Origin: an uncultured Pseudomonadota bacterium
Lineage (GTDB): Bacteria > Oederibacteriota > Muellerivitia > Muellerivitales > Muellerivitaceae
Direction: 5' to 3'
Length of the DNA: 64,000 bases
Assembly: GCA_963843375.1 (NCBI GenBank)
Contig: CAWJKT010000008.1
Span: 209,568 to 273,567 of the forward strand
Shown here: positions 23,054-31,689 of the stretch, in pieces
Layout of the letters: each line of letters opens with the position of its first letter
How positions within the stretch are numbered: position 1 is the stretch's first letter
Notes under the pieces: model-generated
The model's input: the letters and a program-made list of their open reading frames with translations, nothing else
Databases searched by the model: none
What the model was told of the DNA's origin: nothing
Program-made: the position numbers and the translations under genes

Positions 23054-24094
23054 GTCTTGTTTTTTTCGCTAAAGTGATCGAACCCCTTGGATTCCAGAGG
23101 TGCCCGCTGTCCTTTACGGTTGATCAGGGTGATTCCCTTGGATTTGGGGACCATTCGTCCGATTGATTTCAACGAGACTCCGGTTTCGGCTGGCAGCTTA
23201 TGAAGGACATCCGAAATTTTAGCCAAGGGTACGGTGAATAACAGCTCGTAATCTTCACCTCCGTTCAAGGCGAAGGCGAGGGGGTCCAGTTGGTTTTCGT
23301 CGCAAAAGTGAATCAGGGAACTGGAATAAGGAATGGCCTCCTCGTGAATTTCGGCACCTACCCCCGATTCCTCACACAAGTGATGAATCTCGCTGGAGAG
23401 CCCGTCCGAGATATCGATAGCCGAGGTAGCCCATTTTTTGGTTGAAAGGGCTCGCCCCACCGAAAATCTCGGGGTTGGGGTAAGATGCCTTTTCACCAAA
23501 AGCGGAGCGGTTTCCTTGCCTTTATTGGAGGGATGTTGAAGGGAATATAGGCCCGGCGGATGAATCCCCCAGGTTACCTGTGACAAACAAAGCGTCCCCG
23601 ACCTGGGCGCCGCTTCGTTTGAGGGCTTTTCCCTTTTCCACTTCGCCCACTAGAGCCACATTCACCACGAACTTGTCGCTGCCCACCGTGTCGCCGCCCA
23701 CGATTTGAGCGCCATAGGATTCGGCCCAACCTTTCATTCCGTCATAAAAAGCTTCCAGGTCATTGACGGGAAAGGAGGAAGGGACGCCCAGGGACACCAC
23801 GGCGACCGTCGGCTTGGCGCCCATGGCGGCGCAATCGCTCACGTTGACCGCCATGGTCTTGGCGCCTAATTGCCAGGGCGTGATCCATTTGAAGTTGAAA
23901 TGCCGGTCTTCCACCAGCATGTCGGTGGTGAAAATAAGCTCGTGGCCCAGCGTGGGTTTGAAGATAGCCGCATCATCTCCGATTCCCAAAACCACCGAGG
24001 GGTTTTTGGTCTTCATGGCCGATCGGATCTTTTCGATGAACCCGAATTCCCCGACTTTTCCCATGGAGGATTTGTTATTGTTTTCGTTTTTCAA
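23050..24094 (-). CDS. thiL: Thiamine-monophosphate kinase, frameshift near 23552
   Basis: GEFGFI, GIGDDAA, NVSDCAAMG, GGDT, then DISDGL, GGEDYELLFT and GFDHF in the second frame. Confidence 0.95.
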
Positions 24095-24120
24095 AATTTC
24101 CTCCGGAATTTTAATCCGTC

Positions 24121-24198
24121 ATGGATGCCAGGAAAACGGGCCGTCTTTTAAGCATGTAAAATTCCATGCAGAGGGAGGCCTGTTTTCATGGCATCCAT
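24121..24198. repeat. 78-bp imperfect inverted repeat between argJ and thiL
   Basis: ATGGATGCCA-G-GAAAAC-GGGCC...GCATG / CATGC...GGCCT-GTTTTC-A-TGGCATCCAT. Confidence 0.8.
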
Positions 24199-24210
24199 AA
24201 CTTCAAGAAA

Positions 24211-25410
24211 CTACGTTGTATATCGTCCATTGATATCAATATATCCGTCCGTCAGGTCACAGGTATAGACCGTGGTTTTACCCTTCCCCAGCCTTAAGTC
24301 CACCAAAATATCCACATCCTTTTTGGACAATATCTTTTTCAATTTCTCCCGGGACCAGGAAACCTTTTTGCCGCCGTTGTAAAGCAGGTAACCCCCGATC
24401 ACTACCGAAACCTTGAACTCATCTACTCCCGCGCCGGAGTAACCCACCGCCGCCAGGACCCTTCCCCAGTTGGGGTCGGCCCCGAAAATAGCGGTCTTGA
24501 CCAGGGGGGATTTCGCCACAGACATGGCGGCTAAATAAGCATCCTTGTCGGATTTACCTCCCCGCACGGTCACCGACACCAGCTTAGTGGCCCCTTCCCC
24601 GTCCCGCACAACCGCCTTGGCCAGATCCAAACAAACGTCCTTAAGAGCTTGAACAAACAGCCGGTAGCCCGGTCCTTTAGAGGTGATGGCTTTATTTTCA
24701 CAAGCGCCATTGGCCATCAGGACCACTGAATCGTTGGTGGAAACGTCACCATCCACCGTAATCCGATGAAAGCTGGTTTCAACAGCTTCCTTGAGAGCCT
24801 CGTTTAAGAGAGGCCGGCTGATGGCCAGATCGGTCAAAAGGTAAACCAGCATGGTGGCCATGTTCGGATGGATCATGCCTGACCCCTTTGCGAAACCCGT
24901 CAGCCAGGCATATCTTTCCTCAATCCAAATGGCTCTAGCGCTTACCTTGGGAAAAGTGTCGGTCGTCAGGATGGCATGGGCGGCGTCCATGCCTCCCATC
25001 CGGGAAAGCCTCAGGACCGACTGCCGGGCCCCTGCGAGGATCTTGGGCATGTCCATGGGAATTCCGATGACTCCTGTGGAATGGGCCAGTACGGAATTTT
25101 TCGGGACATTCAAAAGTTTGGAGACGGCATCCACAGTGCGAAAAACATCTTTTTCTCCCTGTTTGCCGGTCAGGGCATTAGCGTTTTTCGTGTTCACCAC
25201 GATGGCCTGGATTTTCTCTCTCGTCTTCAGAGCATTTTCCGTGTGTTTGGATGGCGCAGCCTTGACTTGGTTGGTCGTGACCATACCCACGGTGGCGGCT
25301 GGAAGCCGGGAATAAAAGAGGGCCATATCCAGCTTGTGGTTGTTCTTAAGCCCCGCGTGCACGCCGGAGGCGAGAAAACCAAGCGGCAAGGGAAGAAAAG
25401 GTTCTTTCAT
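24211..25410 (-). CDS. argJ: Bifunctional ornithine/glutamate N-acetyltransferase
   Basis: STGVIG, AILTTDT, KGSGMIHPNMATML, STND, DGEGATK, DPNWGR. Confidence 0.97.
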   Translation of the reverse strand: MKEPFLPLPLGFLASGVHAGLKNNHKLDMALFYSRLPAATVGMVTTNQVKAAPSKHTENALKTREKIQAIVVNTKNANALTGKQGEKDVFRTVDAVSKLLNVPKNSVLAHSTGVIGIPMDMPKILAGARQSVLRLSRMGGMDAAHAILTTDTFPKVSARAIWIEERYAWLTGFAKGSGMIHPNMATMLVYLLTDLAISRPLLNEALKEAVETSFHRITVDGDVSTNDSVVLMANGACENKAITSKGPGYRLFVQALKDVCLDLAKAVVRDGEGATKLVSVTVRGGKSDKDAYLAAMSVAKSPLVKTAIFGADPNWGRVLAAVGYSGAGVDEFKVSVVIGGYLLYNGGKKVSWSREKLKKILSKKDVDILVDLRLGKGKTTVYTCDLTDGYIDINGRYTT

Positions 25411-25476
25411 TTTTTAATCCTTGAAAAGAGTTGAGGCATTTTAACAGGCCGCACCAAAACTACAACGGCCCGGCCT

Positions 25477-25505
25477 TTGACAAAGCGGTGAACGGCTTTT
25501 AACAT
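25477..25505 (+). promoter_or_regulatory. sigma70-type promoter of the HAD gene
   Basis: TTGACA-N17-TAACAT, about 30 nt before ATG 25538. Confidence 0.6.
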
Positions 25506-25537
25506 GTGCCCTTCTTAATTACAGAACAAGGATTCCC

Positions 25538-26206
25538 ATGCGATGCAATGGTGTCGACATCCCGTTAAAAGCCGTCCTATTCGATTTGGATGGGACTCTG
25601 ATTGACTCAAAGAAGGACATCGCCGGCGCCGCCAACGCCGCCCGAGTGCATTTCGGGATGCCCGCCCTTCCCATCGAAACCGTGGTGGGTTATATCGGCT
25701 GGGGAATCGAGCATCTCAACCGCAAGGCTTTGGAGACCGAAGACCCGGCGAGACTTTCGGAAGGGCTAGAAGTCTTGAAATCCCATTACCGAGATCATTG
25801 TGTGGATCAAACCGTTATCTTTCCGGGCGTCCGGGAACTTTTGGATTTCCTCAAGGGCCACGGCATCAAAATGGGCCTGGTGTCCAACAAACCGCATGAG
25901 TTCACCTTAATCACATTGGAGAAGTTAGGTCTCGCCCCTTATTTCGCAGTGGCTTTAGGTGCGGACGCGACCGCCAATAAAAAGCCCCATCCTGAACCTC
26001 TTTTAACGGCCCTAGCCAAATTAGGCGCCAAACCATTCGAAGCGGTCATGATCGGGGATTCCCCCGTGGACGCCCAGGCCGCCCGAGCGGCGGGAATGCT
26101 GGTGGGATTGGTCAATCACGGTTTCGTGCCCAAGGAATACTTGAATTCTTCCGATCCCGATTGGCTCACGGATTCCCTGGCGGACTTTATCGACATTTTA
26201 AGTTGA
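25538..26206 (+). CDS. gph: HAD-IA hydrolase, phosphoglycolate phosphatase-like
   Basis: FDLDGTLIDS, SNK, KPHPEP, IGDS..D. Confidence 0.85.
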   Translation: MRCNGVDIPLKAVLFDLDGTLIDSKKDIAGAANAARVHFGMPALPIETVVGYIGWGIEHLNRKALETEDPARLSEGLEVLKSHYRDHCVDQTVIFPGVRELLDFLKGHGIKMGLVSNKPHEFTLITLEKLGLAPYFAVALGADATANKKPHPEPLLTALAKLGAKPFEAVMIGDSPVDAQAARAAGMLVGLVNHGFVPKEYLNSSDPDWLTDSLADFIDILS

Positions 26207-26311
26207 TCTTGTTCGCTTCCCAAAACACCCCATTTGAAAGTTTTGGGCAGGGATTGAATCCGGCCCCAGGGTTATTAATGTTTAAGAAGAAGCAAATGTA
26301 GGGAGCCTGTC

Positions 26312-26731
26312 ATGAGCCAGGAGGATATTCGGATTGCCGAGATCCAGGAAAATTTGCGGATCTCCGCGGCCGAGGAAAACACTAAATTCGCCGAGGAATA
26401 TATCGAGGCGATGAAAACCCGCAACCTGGAAGCTGTCGCCAAAAATCTGCATCCTGATCTGCATTTTGTCTGGCCCATGGGCGAGACGCATAATCGGGAA
26501 AGCTTTCTGGACACCATGCGGCAGGCCTTCGCCCATTTGGAAAAGGTAGATGTGACTTCCCGGTTCTCGTCGAACAACCAGACTGCTTACGTGTATAACA
26601 TGTTCTTCGCAGTCCCAGCCCGCCCCATTCAGGCCGCCAGCGTGCTGACGCACGAGGATGGAAAAATTAAAAAAATCGAAATGATCTACGACTCAAAGGT
26701 TCTGGGGAATTATTTAGACGTTCAGAAATAA
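26312..26731 (+). CDS. NTF2/SnoaL-like protein
   Basis: Y..A....L......LHPD..F and DGKI..IE.IYD patterns. Confidence 0.75.
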   Translation: MSQEDIRIAEIQENLRISAAEENTKFAEEYIEAMKTRNLEAVAKNLHPDLHFVWPMGETHNRESFLDTMRQAFAHLEKVDVTSRFSSNNQTAYVYNMFFAVPARPIQAASVLTHEDGKIKKIEMIYDSKVLGNYLDVQK

Positions 26732-27576
26732 TTCCGGACTTTTAGGTCCTGAGCCCGGGAGCCTTCCCAAGCCAGAAGGGCTTTCTTACGGGTGGAACCC
26801 CATCGGTAATCCCCCAAAATTCCTGTTTCTCGAATGACCCGGTGGCAGGGAATCAGGTAAGCGATGGGATTTTGCCCCACCGCCGTTCCCACTGCCCGCG
26901 AAGCTTTGGAGTCCCCCATCCGTTGGGCCACATCCTTGTAAGCCAGCACACATCCGGTTGGGATTTTCAAAAGGGCTTCCCAGACTTTGAGTTGAAAAGA
27001 GGTGCCCTTCAATAAGACTTTGATGGGCTTGGTTCGCTTGAGAGTGCGGGGTTGAAAAACATCACTCGCCTTTTGGCCGCCATCGCCAAGAACGAACTGG
27101 GCTCCCGACCAATTCTTTTTCATTAAGGCGAGGGCTTCTTTTTCTCCTCCCTTGCCTAGAAACCAAAAACCGCATAGTCCTCTTTCGGTCGTGGCCGCCA
27201 GAGCCTCGCCAAAGGGTGTGTCCTGGACGCTATATTTGATTCGAAGTCCCTTACCCAGGGCCTTGTATTCCCCCGGCGTCATAGCCTCCACGGAAACGAA
27301 AAGATCATGCAGCCTTCCAGGCCCGGACAGGCCGGAGTCGTAAGCCGCGTCAAGGATACTGCGCGATTCCCTCAAGCGTTCCTTAGCCTTTTCCAACGTC
27401 AAGTATTGCAGGAACCGCTTAGGGCTGACGCCCGCCCAACGCCGGAACAGTCTTTGGAAATGAAAAGGGCTCAAACCTATCGAATGTGCTACCTCATTCA
27501 GATTCGGCTGGTTTCGCCAATGGTCCTCAATGTACCGTATGGCCTTTTCCACGCGGAAGTAATCGGTTTCTTTCAT
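26722..27576 (-). CDS. AraC-HTH fused methylated-DNA-protein cysteine methyltransferase (Ada/Ogt family, no N-terminal Zn domain)
   Basis: LSPFHFQRLF...GVSPK, then GT.FQ..VW..L..IP and PCHRV active site. Confidence 0.93.
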   Translation of the reverse strand: MKETDYFRVEKAIRYIEDHWRNQPNLNEVAHSIGLSPFHFQRLFRRWAGVSPKRFLQYLTLEKAKERLRESRSILDAAYDSGLSGPGRLHDLFVSVEAMTPGEYKALGKGLRIKYSVQDTPFGEALAATTERGLCGFWFLGKGGEKEALALMKKNWSGAQFVLGDGGQKASDVFQPRTLKRTKPIKVLLKGTSFQLKVWEALLKIPTGCVLAYKDVAQRMGDSKASRAVGTAVGQNPIAYLIPCHRVIRETGILGDYRWGSTRKKALLAWEGSRAQDLKVRNYF

Positions 27577-27723
27577 GACAGTCACCTCTTGAGGAAAAGA
27601 TAGAGGTTCCATCGGAAATAAACCACCCGGTTCTTGCGATTCAAATCTGAAAGAAAATAGAAAAGTGATTTATCTCGAGGCTTTCTAAATACAGAGTGAT
27701 GGCTTTTTTAAACCGGGATCATT

Positions 27724-28059
27724 TCAATCAAACATGAGGAGGGTCGATATTTTATTCACAACCTCTTTAAGGACCGCTCCAGGAGCCTTTCCTTTGTAAG
27801 TGACTCGGCGTTTTCTCCAATCCAAGTTCTTCAAATGGTCGGATAGGACAACTCCCTGTACTGAACCGGATGTGATTGCCACCTCAAACGGATAACCCTT
27901 AGCTTGCGTTGTCATTGGACACATCACTGCCAACCCCGTCTTACGGTTATATTCCTTGGGGGATAAGACCAAAGCAGGCCGGTGGCCCGCTTGTTCCCGC
28001 CCAGCTTGAGGGGTGAAATTCAACCAAACCACGTCACCTCGGTCGGGGGTATATTCCAT
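27724..28059 (-). CDS. mazF: MazF/PemK endoribonuclease toxin
   Basis: PDRGDVVWLNFTPQAGREQAGHRPALVLSP, KGYPFEV. Confidence 0.96.
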   Translation of the reverse strand: MEYTPDRGDVVWLNFTPQAGREQAGHRPALVLSPKEYNRKTGLAVMCPMTTQAKGYPFEVAITSGSVQGVVLSDHLKNLDWRKRRVTYKGKAPGAVLKEVVNKISTLLMFD

Positions 28060-28062
28060 GGA

Positions 28063-28302
28063 TTACCAAACCTCTTTCCCGACCGCAGGCCCGGTTTTTG
28101 TTGCCCCGTGCAGGTTTTCCGGTTTCACCTTCGCCAATAACTCTTTGAGTGAAATCTTGGTTGGGCTGGGCTTAATTAAAAGATGCCCCCGGTCTTCCGT
28201 AATTTCGACCGGAGCCCCAGCTTTCACTTTGATATGCTCCGCCATCGACTTAGGAATTCGAAGGGCCAGGCTATTGCCCCATTTCTGTACCACCGTTTTC
28301 AC
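28063..28302 (-). CDS. mazE: MazE/AbrB antitoxin
   Basis: KWGNSLALRIP...ENLH...G.E.W; GTG start at 28302 after GAGGGGG. Confidence 0.94.
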   Translation of the reverse strand: MKTVVQKWGNSLALRIPKSMAEHIKVKAGAPVEITEDRGHLLIKPSPTKISLKELLAKVKPENLHGATKTGPAVGKEVW

Positions 28303-28318
28303 AATATCCCCCTCGAAA

Positions 28319-28361
28319 ATGTATATACAATGAATATACATCACTATACCGCGAAGGTCAA
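28319..28361 (-). promoter_or_regulatory. mazEF promoter with palindromic operator
   Basis: TTGACC-N17-TATATT; ATGTATAT-N7-ATATACAT (28319-28341) overlaps the -10, as expected for TA autorepression. Confidence 0.75.
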
Positions 28362-29890
28362 ATCGGTTTTTTTACAGCCCGGGATCGGTTTGAATTTATG
28401 TCGCGCAATCTCAAAACAAAACACAAAGGCGTTTTTTCACGCTCGACCCGGTAAATGACTTCTCTTTCCTCCTCCGGTGCCGGCTTCAACCCCGCCCGGG
28501 TCATGAGGATGGCGTAATCGGCCAGGTCTTTATTCGGCTCGAAAACCATGTTGGGGCTGAAATAAGTTTGGGACTGGAAAGGCTTGCCCTCGGCGTAAAT
28601 CTTGTAGATCTGATTCGGGTCCTTAATCTCATTGGCCTTCAGCCATTGGACGGCTTCCTTCATGCTGGCCGCCCAGTAATCGGTCTCGTAGTTGCCGTAG
28701 GCGCCCCTGAAGCCGCCGACCAAGACATTGAAATAGGTGTATTCATAAGGATGAAGCCGGACCAATTGGCCGCTCGTCTCGAAGACGCCAAACAGGGTCA
28801 AGCCCGCCACAACTTTTCGAAGATTTCCCCAAGGTTTATCCCCGAAAAACTCGATGCAACCCACAGCTGCCAGAGCGGCCAGAAGAGGCAGAAGATATAA
28901 AAAGTGCCTCAGGCCGTCGTAAACCGCGGGATGAAGCAAAAAATAAATCCCCAAGTTCAAAAAAAAGGCGGCGGCCAGTAAAACAAAGAGCGGGTTGTAT
29001 TTAGTCTTTCTGGACAGCCAAAAAGACCCCAGGAAAAAAACCAGGATGAAAAGGGGCGTCGTGATGCCGATCCAAAGAGGCAGGTAATACCAGGGATAGG
29101 AGAGCGAATTTGCCATGTGGCCCATGAACAAGAAATCGAATTTCGGCGGAAACCGAGCGCTTAAGGAAACCACCAAAGGTAAATTCAGGAAATAGTTCTG
29201 GCCGATGAAGGGCCATAAAATCGCGCAAAGGATTTGGGACACCACCAGCGTCCCGAACCATCCCCAAGCTTTCTTCTGAAGCCAGGGGAGAGCCGGTTTT
29301 CCCTTCCCTTCCCAATAAACGTAGAAGTCGTAAAAAAGAAGAATCGGAAACAGGGTGAACCCTACGATCCTTGAACTGATGGTAAAGCCGAACAAAAGTC
29401 CCAAAAAGAACCAGCGGAATTTCAACTCCGGGAATTTTCGCTCAAAAAGGTACATTATCGTAAGGCTCAGGAAATAAAAGATGGCAAAGGGGATGTCCTT
29501 GGGATTAGCGGGGATACTCCCCAAGAAAGGAAGCGAAAGGAACAAAAAGACAGGACCGCAAAGGGCCCAAAGGCCCGAACCATAGGCGGACAAGAGCATT
29601 TCGTAGAGCGCCCAGAAAAGGAAGGCGCCGAAAAACAGGTTCAACAGATGAAAGGTCTCGTAGTTCGTTTGGCCGGTGATAAAGTTAAGGAGAAAGGTAT
29701 AAGGATAGGTGTGTTCCGGGTCCATATAGGCCATGGGAACGCCGCGAATCAAGTATTGATAAAGCTCCGCTCCGCCCTGATAAGTATCCTGCTCGTCCCA
29801 GGTTGGGCCGTAATCGCGGTAAGTGGCGAAGGAAAAAGCAAGATAAAAGAGGAGGAAGCCGAAAAAAGGGATGCGCTTTTTCATTTTCAC
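28358..29890 (-). CDS. GT-C fold membrane glycosyltransferase
   Basis: DYGPTWDE, N.KDIPFA, YDGLRHFL, HPYEYTYFN, ETDYWA; multi-TM. Confidence 0.7.
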   Translation of the reverse strand: MKMKKRIPFFGFLLFYLAFSFATYRDYGPTWDEQDTYQGGAELYQYLIRGVPMAYMDPEHTYPYTFLLNFITGQTNYETFHLLNLFFGAFLFWALYEMLLSAYGSGLWALCGPVFLFLSLPFLGSIPANPKDIPFAIFYFLSLTIMYLFERKFPELKFRWFFLGLLFGFTISSRIVGFTLFPILLFYDFYVYWEGKGKPALPWLQKKAWGWFGTLVVSQILCAILWPFIGQNYFLNLPLVVSLSARFPPKFDFLFMGHMANSLSYPWYYLPLWIGITTPLFILVFFLGSFWLSRKTKYNPLFVLLAAAFFLNLGIYFLLHPAVYDGLRHFLYLLPLLAALAAVGCIEFFGDKPWGNLRKVVAGLTLFGVFETSGQLVRLHPYEYTYFNVLVGGFRGAYGNYETDYWAASMKEAVQWLKANEIKDPNQIYKIYAEGKPFQSQTYFSPNMVFEPNKDLADYAILMTRAGLKPAPEEEREVIYRVEREKTPLCFVLRLRDINSNRSRAVKKPI

Positions 29891-30005
29891 CGGACAAGGA
29901 ATTTAATGCGCTATTCTATCAGGGGTGATCCGAACCGGCTATCTTTCCAGGTCCAAGGTTGCGGAAGAATGGTTCAAGTTCAAAGCGCGGAGGTAAAAAA
30001 GGGAG

Positions 30006-30548
30006 ATGAGTAAGCCGGTATTCATGAATTTTTCATTCCTACTTTTAATCGCGGGGTGGCTGCTTCTTCCCTCTTCCCTAGGGGCTCAAACGGTCGAAAC
30101 ATTGAAGATCCTACCCACCCCCATATGCGCGATGAAATCCATAAGACTGCCGACTTATCCGATGAAATGGAACAATCGGATTATCCAATATGGTCCCCAA
30201 GCCAGGTCCCTTCCGGTGACGGTTTTTTCAAGTCCATTTCGGCGCAAGACGGCTTTGTTCATCCTGCGCAACCCCGCGGATTGGATCGCCTTTTACAGGC
30301 CGGTACCAGCCCCCCAACCTCCCGTGGACTTTAAATCCAAGATGATTATCGTGCTGGTATTCCAAGATTGTCACGACCAAGTGTCCTTCTTGAGTTATTG
30401 CAATTATCCGGACAAGATCAATGTTTCGATTGAGGATTACCAATCGCCCATACAATGTGACCACAGAATATATCCCGGCGCGATTGCGGCCATCGCGGTT
30501 CCAAACTCGACCTCGCGGTTATCTTGGAGTATTACCTTGCGCCAATAA
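30006..30548 (+). CDS. Secreted hypothetical protein, C-terminus resembles PrcB C-terminal domain
   Basis: Signal peptide (SLGA-Q); P.PPVDF...MIIV...INV...YP....IAVP pattern. Confidence 0.5.
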   Translation: MSKPVFMNFSFLLLIAGWLLLPSSLGAQTVETLKILPTPICAMKSIRLPTYPMKWNNRIIQYGPQARSLPVTVFSSPFRRKTALFILRNPADWIAFYRPVPAPQPPVDFKSKMIIVLVFQDCHDQVSFLSYCNYPDKINVSIEDYQSPIQCDHRIYPGAIAAIAVPNSTSRLSWSITLRQ

Positions 30549-30747
30549 GCTTGGTCTTTCGGAACAAAAATAGTTTCCGGCTCTTTTTAAATATCAAAAT
30601 CCGTCTTTTTGAAAAGTTTTCCCGAGTTGTCATGGGTCCTGGCGTTATTTTTAATATCTCCCTAATGGCAACGCCTCGCTTTTACTGTTATAAAATCCAT
30701 TCAAAGCTAAGAGGCATTAGAACGGCGTTCCCGTTCTCGGAGATGAA

Positions 30748-31092
30748 ATGAAGAAAGTGTGGTTGTGGGTTGGGCTGGGGTTGGTGATGGTCTGGATGGC
30801 GGGAATCCTTCTGGCGAATTTCACGAATATCGATCCCGATAAGCTATTTGACGGCCTTTCCTCCTTTAAATTCTCCATGGACCGGCTGACGCTTTTCGGG
30901 TTAGTCGCGGTTTCTTTAATGCTCTTTTGTTATACCTTTGAAAACCGAAGCCGGTGGTTCATTTTGGGATTCGCCGGGGCCTGCGGCTTGGGTTCGGTTT
31001 ATGGATTTCTGCAAGGGGCCTGGCCCTTTGGGTTGGTAGAAGGAATTTGGGGAATCGTTGCTTTGCGGAAATGGTGGTTAACCGCAACTTAA
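30748..31092 (+). CDS. Small membrane protein (3-TM hypothetical core plus an extra N-terminal TM)
   Basis: GGAG RBS; core from Met44 has YGFLQGAWPFGLVEGIW. Confidence 0.7.
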   Translation: MKKVWLWVGLGLVMVWMAGILLANFTNIDPDKLFDGLSSFKFSMDRLTLFGLVAVSLMLFCYTFENRSRWFILGFAGACGLGSVYGFLQGAWPFGLVEGIWGIVALRKWWLTAT

Positions 31093-31339
31093 CCTTCATC
31101 CGGGCTATTGGATATAGGCAATTGTATTTAATGGATTTTAGTAATAAGCGCTTTATTGGACCCTACAACAGCCTAACTTCGACAGGGCATTACCCCATTT
31201 CATTCTCCAGCTATCGCAGTGGGGTTCATCCTTAATGGGGTTAAACTCCTGAAAAACAGAGTCGTTTATCGACCCTGGAAATGGAAAGACCCAATGCCCC
31301 TCTCTCTACGGTTTAGGGGCACGGGCCGGGACATAAGAT

Positions 31340-31687
31340 CTAGTGCTTCGAATGGATGGCCTGGCTGCCCCGTTCACCGGTGCGGATGCGGATAACTTCA
31401 AGGATTGGGGAAATGAAGATTTTGCCGTCGCCGATTTCGCCCTTTCGGGCGGCCTTGACAATCTCCGCGACGATCTTTTCGACCCTATCGTCTTCCACCA
31501 CCATGGATACCACCATCTTCGGCAGGAGGCCCTCGACGTTCTGGCTCCGTTCAACTTCCCGGGCGCCTTTTTGAGTTCCATGTCCCTCGGCCTCATGGAC
31601 TGTCACTCCCGGATAACCGATAACCTTCAAATGGTCCAAAATAACCCTCAGGGCGTTCGGCCGGACGATGGCTTCGATTCGTTTCAT
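31340..31687 (-). CDS. P-II family signal transduction protein
   Basis: MKRIEAIVRP, G.G.QKG, GEIGDGKIFISP, IRIRTGERG; 2 bp downstream of the RND pump. Confidence 0.95.
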   Translation of the reverse strand: MKRIEAIVRPNALRVILDHLKVIGYPGVTVHEAEGHGTQKGAREVERSQNVEGLLPKMVVSMVVEDDRVEKIVAEIVKAARKGEIGDGKIFISPILEVIRIRTGERGSQAIHSKH

Positions 31688-31689
31688 TC

